Positions 10,097-19,609 of a DNA stretch of 64,000 bases are shown piece by piece. The notes beneath the pieces were generated by a model. It saw nothing but the letters and a program-made list of their open reading frames with translations. It searched no databases and was not told where the DNA came from. The stretch is from Fibrobacteria bacterium. GTDB lineage: Bacteria; Fibrobacterota; Fibrobacteria; UBA11236; JADFYW01. Each line of letters begins with the position of its first letter. Position 1 is the stretch's first letter. A program made the position numbers and the translations under genes. The stretch is from NCBI GenBank assembly GCA_050294405.1, contig JBNKOC010000025.1, forward strand, positions 32,001 to 96,000, read 5' to 3'.

Positions 10097-10554
10097 AATG
10101 ACCCCTCCTTTATGCAAACATTTTCGTGTTAATGCAACTTGGCTTGTGATTGAATTGAGATAATGTTATGTGCGCGAATAGAATACGATACATTGGCAAA
10201 CCTTTAAAATGAAAATCTGTAATTTGGGAGGTCGCGAAATTGGACCAATAAATTTCATCCGGCATTTGGCGAGGCCCGATTCCTGCTTCGCCAGATGAAA
10301 CGAGGATATGCTTTTATTATACTGTATTTTTTGTAACGGCGCAATTTTCCGCAAATAATTGTTAATTCTACGCACAATTTTTGAATAAACAGCGATTTTA
10401 AGGGTTTTTGGCCTGAGAAATTTTTAGGGCCAAGGGAAAAAATGTGAAGTGCTTATGCTAAAAGCAACTTTAAAGTTTCGAAGTTGTGGCTTGGATTTGA
10501 GCGGGCAGGCTGGAGATAAGTTGAATTTGGATGTTGGTAACGAGGGATTCCAAT

Positions 10555-10585
10555 AAAAAAGCCCCGGGATTTAGCATCCCGGGGC
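10555..10585 (-). terminator. Rho-independent terminator after arsR-like gene
   Basis: Perfect 10-bp stem gccccgggat/atcccggggc with a 5-nt loop, followed by a T6 tract on the minus strand. Confidence 0.9.
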
Positions 10586-10607
10586 TCTTATAAATCTTAA
10601 AAGCTGA

Positions 10608-10958
10608 TTATTTTTTTTTGCTAGATTTTTTAGCAGACTTTTTAGGGGCTGCTGTTTTGCCTGTGAAAACCACATTGCAGCTTCCCAGATTCAAGCCTTT
10701 GTTTTTGCCTTTGATAAGAGTGCCAGCAGTTAAGTTGTACAAAACTGTTTTGCCCTCTCTTTCAGACTCGATAAGGCCTTCCTCTTTTAATATGGAAAGA
10801 TGATGGCTTAAAAGAGTAGGCTCAATATCCAGAGCTTCGATAAACTCATTAACATAAGTGCTTTTTTCCATTAACATTTCCATTACAGACAATCTGGTGG
10901 GGTCTGCAATTGCTTTTAGCTTTTGGCTTGTAGGTGTAGGTTTTTTATGTGTTTTCAT
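10608..10958 (-). CDS. ArsR/SmtB-family transcriptional regulator with Lys-rich tail
   Basis: LKAIADPTRL...LSHHLSILKEEGLI.S.REGK..Y helix-turn-helix pattern. Confidence 0.9.
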   Translation of the reverse strand: MKTHKKPTPTSQKLKAIADPTRLSVMEMLMEKSTYVNEFIEALDIEPTLLSHHLSILKEEGLIESEREGKTVLYNLTAGTLIKGKNKGLNLGSCNVVFTGKTAAPKKSAKKSSKKK

Positions 10959-11081
10959 AGGGCATCCTGATTAATTTATTCTCCGTTGATTTGATAAAGT
11001 ATGAAATTATTTCCCTTTAATTTCAACTATGTATAAGTTAACAAATTAAGAAACATTTGTCTTATGGTTACGATTCAAATG

Positions 11082-11097
11082 TTGTATAGCTATACAA
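11082..11097. promoter_or_regulatory. Perfect 16-bp palindrome, candidate operator
   Basis: ttgtatagctatacaa is self-complementary and lies about 125 bp upstream of the arsR-like start. Confidence 0.4.
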
Positions 11098-11238
11098 TTG
11101 AAGTTAATCTTAAAACAAGAATTGTTAACAGCCGTAAATTATTCTTTACAAAGAACGAAACAATCTGAAGCTATCAATGAATTTTTAGGGGAAGAAATTT
11201 TCAACTGAATAAAATTAAAATCCAGTTGTTTTTAATGC

Positions 11239-11460
11239 TTATACAAAATTTGAGACGTTTTCTACTTGGAAAACGCTTTGTTTGTGGACTCGTGAGTCTC
11301 TAATTTTAAGCCAGGGGCGTGATATGCTGTCTGTTGGTTGCTCTAATTCATAGAGGCTTTCCAAAGACAATAAATTTTTGGCAGTTTCAAATTGGTCCAT
11401 AGCATGGCTTAAAGATTTTTTTATTTGAGAATTATGAATTTGAGCTCCAAAATTTGACAT
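11239..11460 (-). CDS. Small hypothetical protein
   Basis: 73-aa ORF with ATG start and GAGG upstream; fills an otherwise empty gap. Confidence 0.5.
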   Translation of the reverse strand: MSNFGAQIHNSQIKKSLSHAMDQFETAKNLLSLESLYELEQPTDSISRPWLKIRDSRVHKQSVFQVENVSNFV

Positions 11461-11552
11461 TTAACGCCTCACTGATAGTTGTATTTTATCTATCGGACGC
11501 TTTGGAAAAAAAATTTAGCTTTTCTTTTTAAACAGCTACTAGGTGTGAATTT

Positions 11553-12071
11553 TTGGCGAAAGTTTTGGATTTTGAATTTTTTAAGCAATCTGCCCTTGAG
11601 GTCGCTCCTCAGTTGCTCGGCAAGAATCTCTGTGTAAAGCTTCCCCGGGGCTCTATTGCAAAGTATCCCATATTAGAGGCGGAAGCTTACGAAGGTTTTG
11701 AAGACAAGGCTTCTCACGCCCATAAGGGTAAAACAGCGCGCAATGAAATCATGTTTAACGAAGGCGGATACATTTATGTTTACCTTTGTTACGGGATACA
11801 TTGGATGTTAAATATTGTGACCTACGAAAAAGAAACCCCGTCTGCGGTATTGATTCGCAGCGTCGGCCCCTGGAATGGCCCCGGTAAATTAACCAAAAAC
11901 TTATTTATAGATAAGCGGCACAATAAACTGGCATTGGGAAAAAAAGCGGGTTTATGGATTGAGGAGGGCGATTCCCAAAAAAAATGGGGAGCTATCCAAA
12001 CGGCTCCCAGAATTGGGGTAAATTATGCAGGGCCTAAGTGGGCAAAGGTGCCCTGGCGCTTTTATTTGTAA
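11553..12071 (+). CDS. mpg: DNA-3-methyladenine glycosylase (MPG/AAG family)
   Basis: LLGK, EAEAY.G.ED.ASHA, YVYLCYGIH..LNIV, GPGKLT, PRIGV motifs. Confidence 0.93.
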   Translation: MAKVLDFEFFKQSALEVAPQLLGKNLCVKLPRGSIAKYPILEAEAYEGFEDKASHAHKGKTARNEIMFNEGGYIYVYLCYGIHWMLNIVTYEKETPSAVLIRSVGPWNGPGKLTKNLFIDKRHNKLALGKKAGLWIEEGDSQKKWGAIQTAPRIGVNYAGPKWAKVPWRFYL

Positions 12072-12188
12072 AAAATTGGGCGTCGCTTCACTCCTTCATG
12101 CCCGAATAGATTATTCATAAGCTCCCTCGGGTGCCCTCAGGATTTGATACATCGCTTCGCTCATCGTAAAAACCCTCATTTACAAATA
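12063..12188. repeat. Intergenic palindromic repeat (RPE/REP-like), copy B
   Basis: Shares blocks with 26237-26322 and 36284-36324; bounded by the inverted repeat tatttgtaaa (12063-12072) / tttacaaata (12179-12188). Confidence 0.7.
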
Positions 12189-12893
12189 GCTTTTGAAAAG
12201 GCTCTCCAGCTCATTCAATGAGTCATCGAGAATGGAGTGGGAAGTTAATAAAGCAAAACCATCCAGGTTAACCAAGGCCGAAATATTTGCATCCCGTGAA
12301 GCCACCTTGGCCAGGCGTTTGGTAAAACTCACATTTACTTTGCGCACTTCTTCGTATATGTTGACCAGTTCTCCTAAATCCAATGGGACATCTTTTTTAT
12401 TTTTGCGCTGGAAATAGATGGCCATTAAGTACATGGAGATAGCCCTGTAAATAGTTTCATCTGCAGAGGCAAAAGGCAAATGGGTATACACCATGGGCCG
12501 CAATTTATCCATCACGGGGCAACCGCTGGTCACCATATGCAAACCAATTAGGGAACTCAGCCCTTCGGCAATAGAAATAGTTTTGGAATATTCCCTAAGA
12601 GAAGAATGGATATGAACATCCACTTCCTCATGGGAAGGAAAAGCGGCAAAAGTGCGAATTACATCCCCTAAGTTATTGGCCACCGGGCATTGGGGGTGTT
12701 CTTCTTTAGAAAGAGGGCAATTGGGGCATTTTTCGAATTCCAATTGGGCCCATTCTTCCTTATTTGGTTTTGAAGAGGCCACCAGGTCTAAATTTGGCTT
12801 AAGCAGTTTCAAAATAAAGGTTTCTTTGTCGCCATTTCGAAAAATGAAATCATAGCGATATGATTCAAATTCTCCGCTGTGTGAGTCTGCCAT
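12180..12893 (-). CDS. Conserved hypothetical Cys-containing protein (resembles DUF6901)
   Basis: W..L...CPNCPL.....CP.A, SGCP and RPM...HLPFA motifs. Confidence 0.65.
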   Translation of the reverse strand: MADSHSGEFESYRYDFIFRNGDKETFILKLLKPNLDLVASSKPNKEEWAQLEFEKCPNCPLSKEEHPQCPVANNLGDVIRTFAAFPSHEEVDVHIHSSLREYSKTISIAEGLSSLIGLHMVTSGCPVMDKLRPMVYTHLPFASADETIYRAISMYLMAIYFQRKNKKDVPLDLGELVNIYEEVRKVNVSFTKRLAKVASRDANISALVNLDGFALLTSHSILDDSLNELESLFKSYL

Positions 12894-12928
12894 TTTAACC
12901 TCAGTGGCTGAGTGATTTTAGTTGAGTC

Positions 12929-13591
12929 TTATTTTCCTATTAAAATTAGGATATCATCAATAGCTATTTCACTCAGTTTGCTCACAATCTTATCCGCTGC
13001 TTTTAGTTTTTCGGCAGGATGGGTGTTTGTGACGGCAATGGCCTTGATTCCTCCTGCATGCGCAGCTTCAATTCCCACCATGGCGTCTTCTACCACCAGG
13101 CAATTTTCTGGGGATAAGCCCAATTTTTTGGCGGCTAAAAGAAATACTTCTGGGTGCGGCTTTCCCTGGTTTACATCTTCTGCCGAAACAATTTCCACAA
13201 AATATTGACCAAATCCCAAATGCCTAAGGGCGGTTTCAATATTTAAACGGTGGGTGGAACTGCCGATAACGCAGGGGATATCATTTTCTTTAAGCAATTG
13301 TAAAAAAGGCTCAACCTCATTTATGGGGTTGATTCCTTTTTCTTCAATAATATCCCGGTACAATTTTTCTTTTTTTAGGGACAACCTGTCTATTTCCGAT
13401 TCGTCTTTAGTCCAACCCAATAAATTTGGGATTATGTATTCGTTCTTTCTGCCAAATCCAAGTTTAAAATGGCCATCCTGCAGCTTGTACCCCTCTTCCC
13501 GGGCCAATCGCTCCCAACTCTCTTCGTGCTGGGAAGAGGAATCAATGATAACCCCATCCCAGTCAAAAATAAATCCAATGTTTTTTTCCAT
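12929..13591 (-). CDS. HAD-superfamily phosphatase (beta-PGM/CbbY-like)
   Basis: FDWDGVI (DxD), GKPHPEVF, VVEDA..GI.AA. Confidence 0.92.
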   Translation of the reverse strand: MEKNIGFIFDWDGVIIDSSSQHEESWERLAREEGYKLQDGHFKLGFGRKNEYIIPNLLGWTKDESEIDRLSLKKEKLYRDIIEEKGINPINEVEPFLQLLKENDIPCVIGSSTHRLNIETALRHLGFGQYFVEIVSAEDVNQGKPHPEVFLLAAKKLGLSPENCLVVEDAMVGIEAAHAGGIKAIAVTNTHPAEKLKAADKIVSKLSEIAIDDILILIGK

Positions 13592-13600
13592 AACAAAAAG

Positions 13601-14887
13601 TTACCTAAATAAATTTTTTATTCCACGGCCAATTTTATTCAGATTCGATTTAAATACCTGCCCTATAATTTTCCCCATTTTAATTTTCTGGTTTTTCAAA
13701 TCTCCCGCAATTTCACAGCGAAACATGTAACTTCCATCCTCCTGTTTCACCATGGCATCTTTCACTACCCCCTTTAATTCCTCGTAATATTCGGGAGTTA
13801 TAAAACAGTTTAAAAAAATATACAGCTGTCCCTTGGTGGTAAAATATCCATGTCCGGTTAATGTCAGGGGGTCGCCCCCCGCATATAAGCTGTCAAATTT
13901 TATTTTATCTTCTTCTAAGTTGAACTTCAGGATTTGAAGTTTGTTAAAGCTGAGGTCCTTAAAGGCAGGCATAAAATTTTCAATGACCGGATCTTTTTGC
14001 ACAGGTAAATCCAATGCCCTTATTTTTTTACCGTTAACTTCGCCATCAAAGCTTCCCTGATTTAAATTGGGAAAGGGGATTTGGAATTTTAATATTGTTT
14101 CCAGTTTCCCATAAAGTTGGGATTCGCCAAAAAATTTTTCTTTGGTGAGCCTGTCCAGAGAAAGGCCAGAAAATTTAACTTGCCCTTTGAGATTATTAGA
14201 TTGGCTGTTAAAATCGGCCGCGGCATTTATTTTTCCACTGCTTGTGTAAATTTGCAGGGACGAAAATTGCAGCAGAGGGTTTTTCCAGTTGGCCTTAATC
14301 TTGGCCTTGGAAATTTTAGGAAGCCCCGGGTATTCTATGTTTTTAAGTTCCAGGCCAAAAGAAGGCGATGTCCGGAAAGGCTCGGCGATTTCAATACTAA
14401 CATTGCTGGCGCTTAATTGCAATGGGGGTTGGGGCCTTCTAATGGCAACTTTTTTAAAATCGAGGTCTAAATTACTACCGTAAAAAACCTCAGACAAAGG
14501 TTTAGCCATGGTATTAAATTCTTTAAGTTTTAATAAAAAAGGCTTTAACTCCTCTTCCACTATTAAAAGGCTATCCCCGGAAATTTGATTGAGCTCAATT
14601 TTTCCAAACATAAGGGAAATGAGGGAGATATCCACATTGCATTTGTTAATAAATACAGCTTGGGGTTTGCCAACTCTTAAGTTTGTAAATTTTAGGCCCC
14701 CTAATAAATCAACGCTTATGCTTGTATAATCCACTTCCAATTCTTTGAATATATTAGAATATTTTTTATTCAAATAAATTTCCACAGCGGCTCCCACAGG
14801 AAAGCGGAAATTTGCGAGAATTATCAGTAAAACAACGACAACTGGTACTAAATAAAAAGAGCGGGAGGCTTTTTTTTTAGGAGGCAT
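13601..14887 (-). CDS. AsmA-like membrane-anchored protein
   Basis: N-terminal TM anchor followed by long repeated beta-strand patterns; C-terminal L..G...I.G.L.. Confidence 0.6.
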   Translation of the reverse strand: MPPKKKASRSFYLVPVVVVLLIILANFRFPVGAAVEIYLNKKYSNIFKELEVDYTSISVDLLGGLKFTNLRVGKPQAVFINKCNVDISLISLMFGKIELNQISGDSLLIVEEELKPFLLKLKEFNTMAKPLSEVFYGSNLDLDFKKVAIRRPQPPLQLSASNVSIEIAEPFRTSPSFGLELKNIEYPGLPKISKAKIKANWKNPLLQFSSLQIYTSSGKINAAADFNSQSNNLKGQVKFSGLSLDRLTKEKFFGESQLYGKLETILKFQIPFPNLNQGSFDGEVNGKKIRALDLPVQKDPVIENFMPAFKDLSFNKLQILKFNLEEDKIKFDSLYAGGDPLTLTGHGYFTTKGQLYIFLNCFITPEYYEELKGVVKDAMVKQEDGSYMFRCEIAGDLKNQKIKMGKIIGQVFKSNLNKIGRGIKNLFR

Positions 14888-14891
14888 AGTT

Positions 14892-15824
14892 TTAAGAAAG
14901 CTTTTTAAAGCGCAGGCGAAGAATGTGTTTGGCTTTATCCCAGTTTAAAATCATAATTTGGCTGTAGTGTTCTCCATCCCATAATATAAAAACCGCTCCG
15001 ACTTTAAAATGGCTGGTTGCAATGGCAGCAGCGTAATTTAAATTAGCTAGGTTCAGGTTTTCTCTGTTTTGGTTAAAATACGACTCTCCAATACCCAGAA
15101 AAGCAATTCCTCCAACTCCTTCCACTTCTGCGGAAATTTTAAACAGGGGCAATTGGGGGTCCAAATAAAAACTGTAACCCTCGGGTTTTTCCCTGTCTTC
15201 ATTGGGGCTGTGGACCACATCTCCATCTAAAAGCCGCATCCAGTAAAAACTGCTGCTGTCCCTAAGTTCGGGAATTTCCAAAGTAAAAACGCTTTCTGTT
15301 TTTGGCCCCAATGCCACAGCACGCCACTTAAAGGACAGGCTTTGGCTCACATCATTCCAATCCAAAATTTGTATTTGACCGGCTCCTCCCGGGCTTCTCA
15401 AATAATAGACCATGTCTTTTTGCGGATCGCCAAAGGCAAACAGGTTGTAGTGAAACTCCAGGCTGTCCCCCAGGTAATCTGCAACATAATGCTCATTTCC
15501 CTTGCCCAGGTACAAAACTCCATAATGTAGCTGGTTTTGCAAAGTAACAGATAAAAATTCGGGAGCTGTGGGCGATACCCTGAAATAATAAAGTGATGTA
15601 TCTGGATTGACGGAAACGCTGTCTTCTCCAAAGGGAAAAATTTCTCCGGAGGAAGGGCTAAACCAAACCCAGGGCACGCCGCCTTCAAATACATTGTGGT
15701 TGGCGCTGAGAAAAATTTCTTTTTGGGTGGCCTGGGTGTTTGTGGTGGAGCTGTTATTTATCAATTGGCAGGAGAGAATGAGGCTTAGCTGCGCAATGGT
15801 GAGAATGAGTGTTTTGAAAAACAT
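14892..15824 (-). CDS. Hypothetical lipoprotein with two internal repeats
   Basis: Signal peptide ending LILSC (lipobox-like); two similar halves. Confidence 0.65.
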   Translation of the reverse strand: MFFKTLILTIAQLSLILSCQLINNSSTTNTQATQKEIFLSANHNVFEGGVPWVWFSPSSGEIFPFGEDSVSVNPDTSLYYFRVSPTAPEFLSVTLQNQLHYGVLYLGKGNEHYVADYLGDSLEFHYNLFAFGDPQKDMVYYLRSPGGAGQIQILDWNDVSQSLSFKWRAVALGPKTESVFTLEIPELRDSSSFYWMRLLDGDVVHSPNEDREKPEGYSFYLDPQLPLFKISAEVEGVGGIAFLGIGESYFNQNRENLNLANLNYAAAIATSHFKVGAVFILWDGEHYSQIMILNWDKAKHILRLRFKKLS

Positions 15825-15876
15825 GATTAGTTTAAATAATATAATAGTTCCCTATTTGGGAGAAACAGATTAATTT

Positions 15877-16971
15877 TTGGCTATGAACAGTGCCTCGAAC
15901 TCAGGTTATTTAGCGGGAAAAGGCCAAAATAAAGGTCTGGCCGGGCGCGGCTCCCATTTTAATCTTAAAAATCGTTTTGAGATGGTGGAGCTTGAGCCGC
16001 TTTATGAGGAGCCTCCAGAGGGACAAACCCAAAGAACCCAAATCTTGCCGGAAAAGGCCAAATCCATATTGTCTTATAACCAAAGTCCCGATGTTCCTTT
16101 TAACTTAGGCATAAACCCTTATCGGGGATGTGAACATGGATGTTCCTATTGTTTTGCCAGGCCCAGCCATGAATATCTGGGATATTCTTCGGGCCTTGAT
16201 TTCGAATCGAAAATTGTGGCAAAAACAAATGCGGCCCGGCTTTTGGAAAAAGAGCTGAGCCATAAAAATTACAAATCCCAACCCATTGCTTTAAGCGGCA
16301 ATACCGATTGTTACCAGCCCATTGAAAAAAAGATGTTAATTACCAGGCAATGTTTGCAGGTATTGTCTAAGTACAAAAACCCTGTGGCTGTTATAACTAA
16401 AAACTATTTGGTCACAAGGGACATAGATATATTGGAGCAAATGTCTGAGTGGAATGGCGCAGCTGTTTTTATTTCCATTACCACCTTGGACGATAATTTA
16501 CGGAAAAAAATGGAGCCCCGCACTTCTCCTGTAGCTCTGCGGCTTAAAGCGATTGAAACACTGGTCAAGGCGGGAGTTTCTGTGGGGGTTTTATTGGCCC
16601 CATTAATTCCTGGGCTCACTGATAACGAAATGCCTCAAATACTAAAGACAGCCCGCGAGCGTGGAGCCAGCCACGCCTCATACATATTGCTGCGCCTTCC
16701 CCACGGAGTTAAGGAACTTTTTTCCAATTGGCTCGATGTGCATTATCCCCAGCATGCCCAAAAAATAATCCACCGTATCCAGGATTTGCGAAACGGAAAG
16801 TTGTATAATTCGGATTTTTCTTCCCGCATGAAAGGGGAGGGGGTTTGGGCGAGACAATTTCAGGATATGTTTAGCTTGTATCAAAAAAAGTATGATTTCA
16901 AAATGGAAAAATTCAGGCTGAACCATTCAGAATTCATAGTTCCCCAGTTAGGGCAACAATCTCTTTTTTAA
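15877..16971 (+). CDS. PA0069-family radical SAM protein (putative DNA repair)
   Basis: SPDVPF..INPYRGCEHGC.YCFARP.HEYLG.S.GLDFE; C-terminal QQSLF. Confidence 0.92.
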   Translation: MAMNSASNSGYLAGKGQNKGLAGRGSHFNLKNRFEMVELEPLYEEPPEGQTQRTQILPEKAKSILSYNQSPDVPFNLGINPYRGCEHGCSYCFARPSHEYLGYSSGLDFESKIVAKTNAARLLEKELSHKNYKSQPIALSGNTDCYQPIEKKMLITRQCLQVLSKYKNPVAVITKNYLVTRDIDILEQMSEWNGAAVFISITTLDDNLRKKMEPRTSPVALRLKAIETLVKAGVSVGVLLAPLIPGLTDNEMPQILKTARERGASHASYILLRLPHGVKELFSNWLDVHYPQHAQKIIHRIQDLRNGKLYNSDFSSRMKGEGVWARQFQDMFSLYQKKYDFKMEKFRLNHSEFIVPQLGQQSLF

Positions 16972-16987
16972 GGGCGTAGTCCGTAAA

Positions 16988-17269
16988 TTAGCTGCGGTAT
17001 TTTATCTGAAATGAAGAAAAATTTTGAAGCCCGGCTTCTTCTAATTTTAGATCATCCACCCGGGCTGAATTAGGACCTCGGCGACACCATTGGATAAATT
17101 TGCTTAAGGCTTCTTCGCCTCCTTCGGCTTCTATGTATACGGAACCATCTTCTTTGTTTTTTACAAAGCCTTTGACAGAATACAAATTAGCCATCTTTTG
17201 GGTGCTGGCCCTAAAATAAACGCCTTGTACCATGCCGGTAACTTGGATGTTATAATGTTTTATTTCCAT
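16988..17269 (-). CDS. acyP: Acylphosphatase
   Basis: G.VQGVYFR, GFVKN..DGSV, GP..ARV. Confidence 0.95.
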   Translation of the reverse strand: MEIKHYNIQVTGMVQGVYFRASTQKMANLYSVKGFVKNKEDGSVYIEAEGGEEALSKFIQWCRRGPNSARVDDLKLEEAGLQNFSSFQIKYRS

Positions 17270-17784
17270 AAACCCTTAAAAATATTCGTATAGGCACTGA
17301 GGGCCGTTTCATTGTAGCAGTAAAAATACATCTTTAGGGGCGTATCATTTTGCTGGATGAACCGCTTGGCATTTTCAAGCGCTATCTGGGCGGCGGCTTC
17401 CATGGGATATCCAAAAATGCCAGCGCTAATAGCTGGGAAGGCGATAGTGGCTATGTTATTTTCCAATGCTTTTTTAAAGCAGTTTACATAGCAGGATTTT
17501 AAAAGCTCAGCTTCTCCCTTAGTTCCGCCATCCCATACAGGCCCTACGGTATGGAATACATACTTCGCAGATAGATTAAAGCCCGGAGTTATCCGGACCC
17601 CTCCGGTGGGGCAGCCTCCCAATTTTTTACAGGCTTGCAAAAGTTCCGGGCCAGCGGCCCCATGTATGGCGCCATCTACTCCTCCGCCACCTAAGAGCGA
17701 AGAGTTGGCGGCATTTACGATAGCATCTACCGCAGCTGCGGTAATGTCACCTTGAATAATTTTAATTCTGTTTTTGCTAATCAT
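17260..17784 (-). CDS. Macro-domain O-acetyl-ADP-ribose deacetylase (YmdB-like)
   Basis: [35 protein letters not shown]. Confidence 0.95.
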   Translation of the reverse strand: MISKNRIKIIQGDITAAAVDAIVNAANSSLLGGGGVDGAIHGAAGPELLQACKKLGGCPTGGVRITPGFNLSAKYVFHTVGPVWDGGTKGEAELLKSCYVNCFKKALENNIATIAFPAISAGIFGYPMEAAAQIALENAKRFIQQNDTPLKMYFYCYNETALSAYTNIFKGLWK

Positions 17785-17840
17785 ACTAAAGTATTGGATG
17801 CATACCTTTAAAAGTAAAATTAAGCTCTAAAATTTTGCGC

Positions 17841-17870
17841 AAAAAAAACAGCCTGCGAAAGCAGGCTGTT
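17841..17870 (-). terminator. Rho-independent terminator after amt
   Basis: Stem aacagcctgc/gcaggctgtt with a 4-nt loop and a T-tract on the minus strand. Confidence 0.88.
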
Positions 17871-17897
17871 AAAAACTTTAAAATTTTTTGCTTCGAA

Positions 17898-19223
17898 TTA
17901 GTGCAGTTCGCTCTTAACGAAATCGGAGTAGGCATCCATTCCGTGTTCACCTTTATCAAGGCCGCCCACTTCTTCTTCCTCGCTAACCCTAAGACCCATA
18001 ACAGCCTTAATGCCATAGAAAAAGATGAAGGCGAAACCGGCGCAGAATACACCGTAAGAGATAACTCCCAAGAACTGAGTGCCAAGCTGTTTGATAGAGG
18101 CCATGTCGCCGAAAATACCTACAGCCAGGGTTCCCCAAATTCCGCACACTAAGTGAACAGAAATGGCTCCCACAGGGTCATCAATTTTGATTTTGTCAAA
18201 GAACATTACTGAGAATACCACAATGATGCCAGCGACTATGCCAATAGCCATAGATTCATGCAGGTTCATTTGATCGGCACCAGCTGTAATGCCAACTAAG
18301 CCGGCTAATATTCCGTTCAAGCCCATGGAAAGGTCGGGTTTTTTGGAAGTGAACCAGGAAGTAAACATGGCGGCCAATCCACCGGCAGCAGCAGCTACGC
18401 AAGTAGTCATAAGAGTTAAGCTAACCAAACCAGGGTCGGCGCTTAGTACGGAACCGCCGTTAAATCCGAACCATCCCAGCCAGAGCAAGAAGGTTCCGAT
18501 GGCAGCTAAAGGTAAGCTGTGACCGGGAATAGGTTTGATTCCGCCTTTAGTGTATTTGCCTAAACGGGGGCCTAATACGAGGGCTCCTGCAAGCGCTCCC
18601 CATCCGCCAACACCGTGTACAAGTGTGGAACCGGCAAAGTCATAAAAGCCTTTGGCATCTAACCAACCGCCGCCCCATTTCCAGGAACCAGCAATAGGAT
18701 AAATGAAGGTTACATAAAGTACTGTGAATACCATGAAAGAGCTCAATTTGATTCTTTCAGCAACAGCACCAGATACGATAGTAGCCGCTGTGGCTGCAAA
18801 CATACCCTGGAACACAAAGTCCGTCCAGTAGGTGTATCCGCCGGAAGCGTAATCTACAGTTAAGCCGTTTTCAGGCAGGTTTAACCATACTCCGGAAGCT
18901 AATCCAAGAAAGCCGTTAAAATCGCCAGGATACATTAAGGCGAACCCAATGTATGCATAGCTGATAACGCCGAAACAAACGATGAAAACGTTTTTGAATA
19001 AAATATTTACAGTATTTTTTTGTCTGGTCAAGCCTGTTTCAAGGGTGGCAAATCCCAGGTGCATTATAAACACCAAGCCAGCGGATAACATCATCCAGAC
19101 GTTATTTGCTGTAAACAGTGCTGTTGATACGGGTTCGTCCGCTAATGCCATGGTTGGGAAAAGCAGAGCAAGCCCCATAGCCCATAGGCCAATTTTTGTT
19201 AAGGGTTTTTTTCTGTGCCGCAT
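17898..19223 (-). CDS. amt: Ammonium transporter
   Basis: DFAGSTLVH, WFGFNGGS and IDDPVGAISVH (twin-His); GGAG RBS. Confidence 0.97.
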   Translation of the reverse strand: MRHRKKPLTKIGLWAMGLALLFPTMALADEPVSTALFTANNVWMMLSAGLVFIMHLGFATLETGLTRQKNTVNILFKNVFIVCFGVISYAYIGFALMYPGDFNGFLGLASGVWLNLPENGLTVDYASGGYTYWTDFVFQGMFAATAATIVSGAVAERIKLSSFMVFTVLYVTFIYPIAGSWKWGGGWLDAKGFYDFAGSTLVHGVGGWGALAGALVLGPRLGKYTKGGIKPIPGHSLPLAAIGTFLLWLGWFGFNGGSVLSADPGLVSLTLMTTCVAAAAGGLAAMFTSWFTSKKPDLSMGLNGILAGLVGITAGADQMNLHESMAIGIVAGIIVVFSVMFFDKIKIDDPVGAISVHLVCGIWGTLAVGIFGDMASIKQLGTQFLGVISYGVFCAGFAFIFFYGIKAVMGLRVSEEEEVGGLDKGEHGMDAYSDFVKSELH

Positions 19224-19339
19224 ATGTCTCCTCTCAGTTACAATTAGATTCAGTTAAAGTTTTTAAATAATGAAATTGCCTTGTTTGAGCTCTGTTTTGG
19301 CTGAGCTTCACTTGACCAAAATTCATGTACTGCCAAAAA

Positions 19340-19356
19340 AGCAATATGTATACCAA
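19340..19356 (-). promoter_or_regulatory. sigma54 (-24/-12) promoter for amt
   Basis: Minus strand TTGGTATACATATTGCT has exact GG-N10-GC spacing, about 115 bp upstream of amt. Confidence 0.7.
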
Positions 19357-19609
19357 GACAAGAAAGGGGCGATTTAGTGGTAAAAAAGGGTATTTTTGGG
19401 ATCTTTGGGATGACTGCTGGTTTTGATCCCAGTTAAAGTGTTAACCAGTGTTTTAAATATTGACAAATAATAACAATTTTCAATTTATACAAATTTTATT
19501 TGGGTTAAATGGATTTTTTGTCCCTTTTTATCCAGGTGGAAAATGACAAATTTTTAAAAATGGCTTTTTTAAAGGAAAATGGGCAGTCTTCATAAGTTAT
19601 TTTTAAACC

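Noticed and set aside
10195..10232. GGCAAACC...GAAA...GG resembling a c-di-GMP-I riboswitch upstream of the giant gene
   Set aside because: It is on the wrong strand for the gene, there is no paired stem around GAAA, and no GACGCAAAGC-like motif follows.
17260..17784. Macro domain as part of a DarTG or Thoeris defence system
   Set aside because: It is a stand-alone YmdB-like protein next to acylphosphatase, with no ADP-ribosyltransferase, TIR or SIR2 partner.
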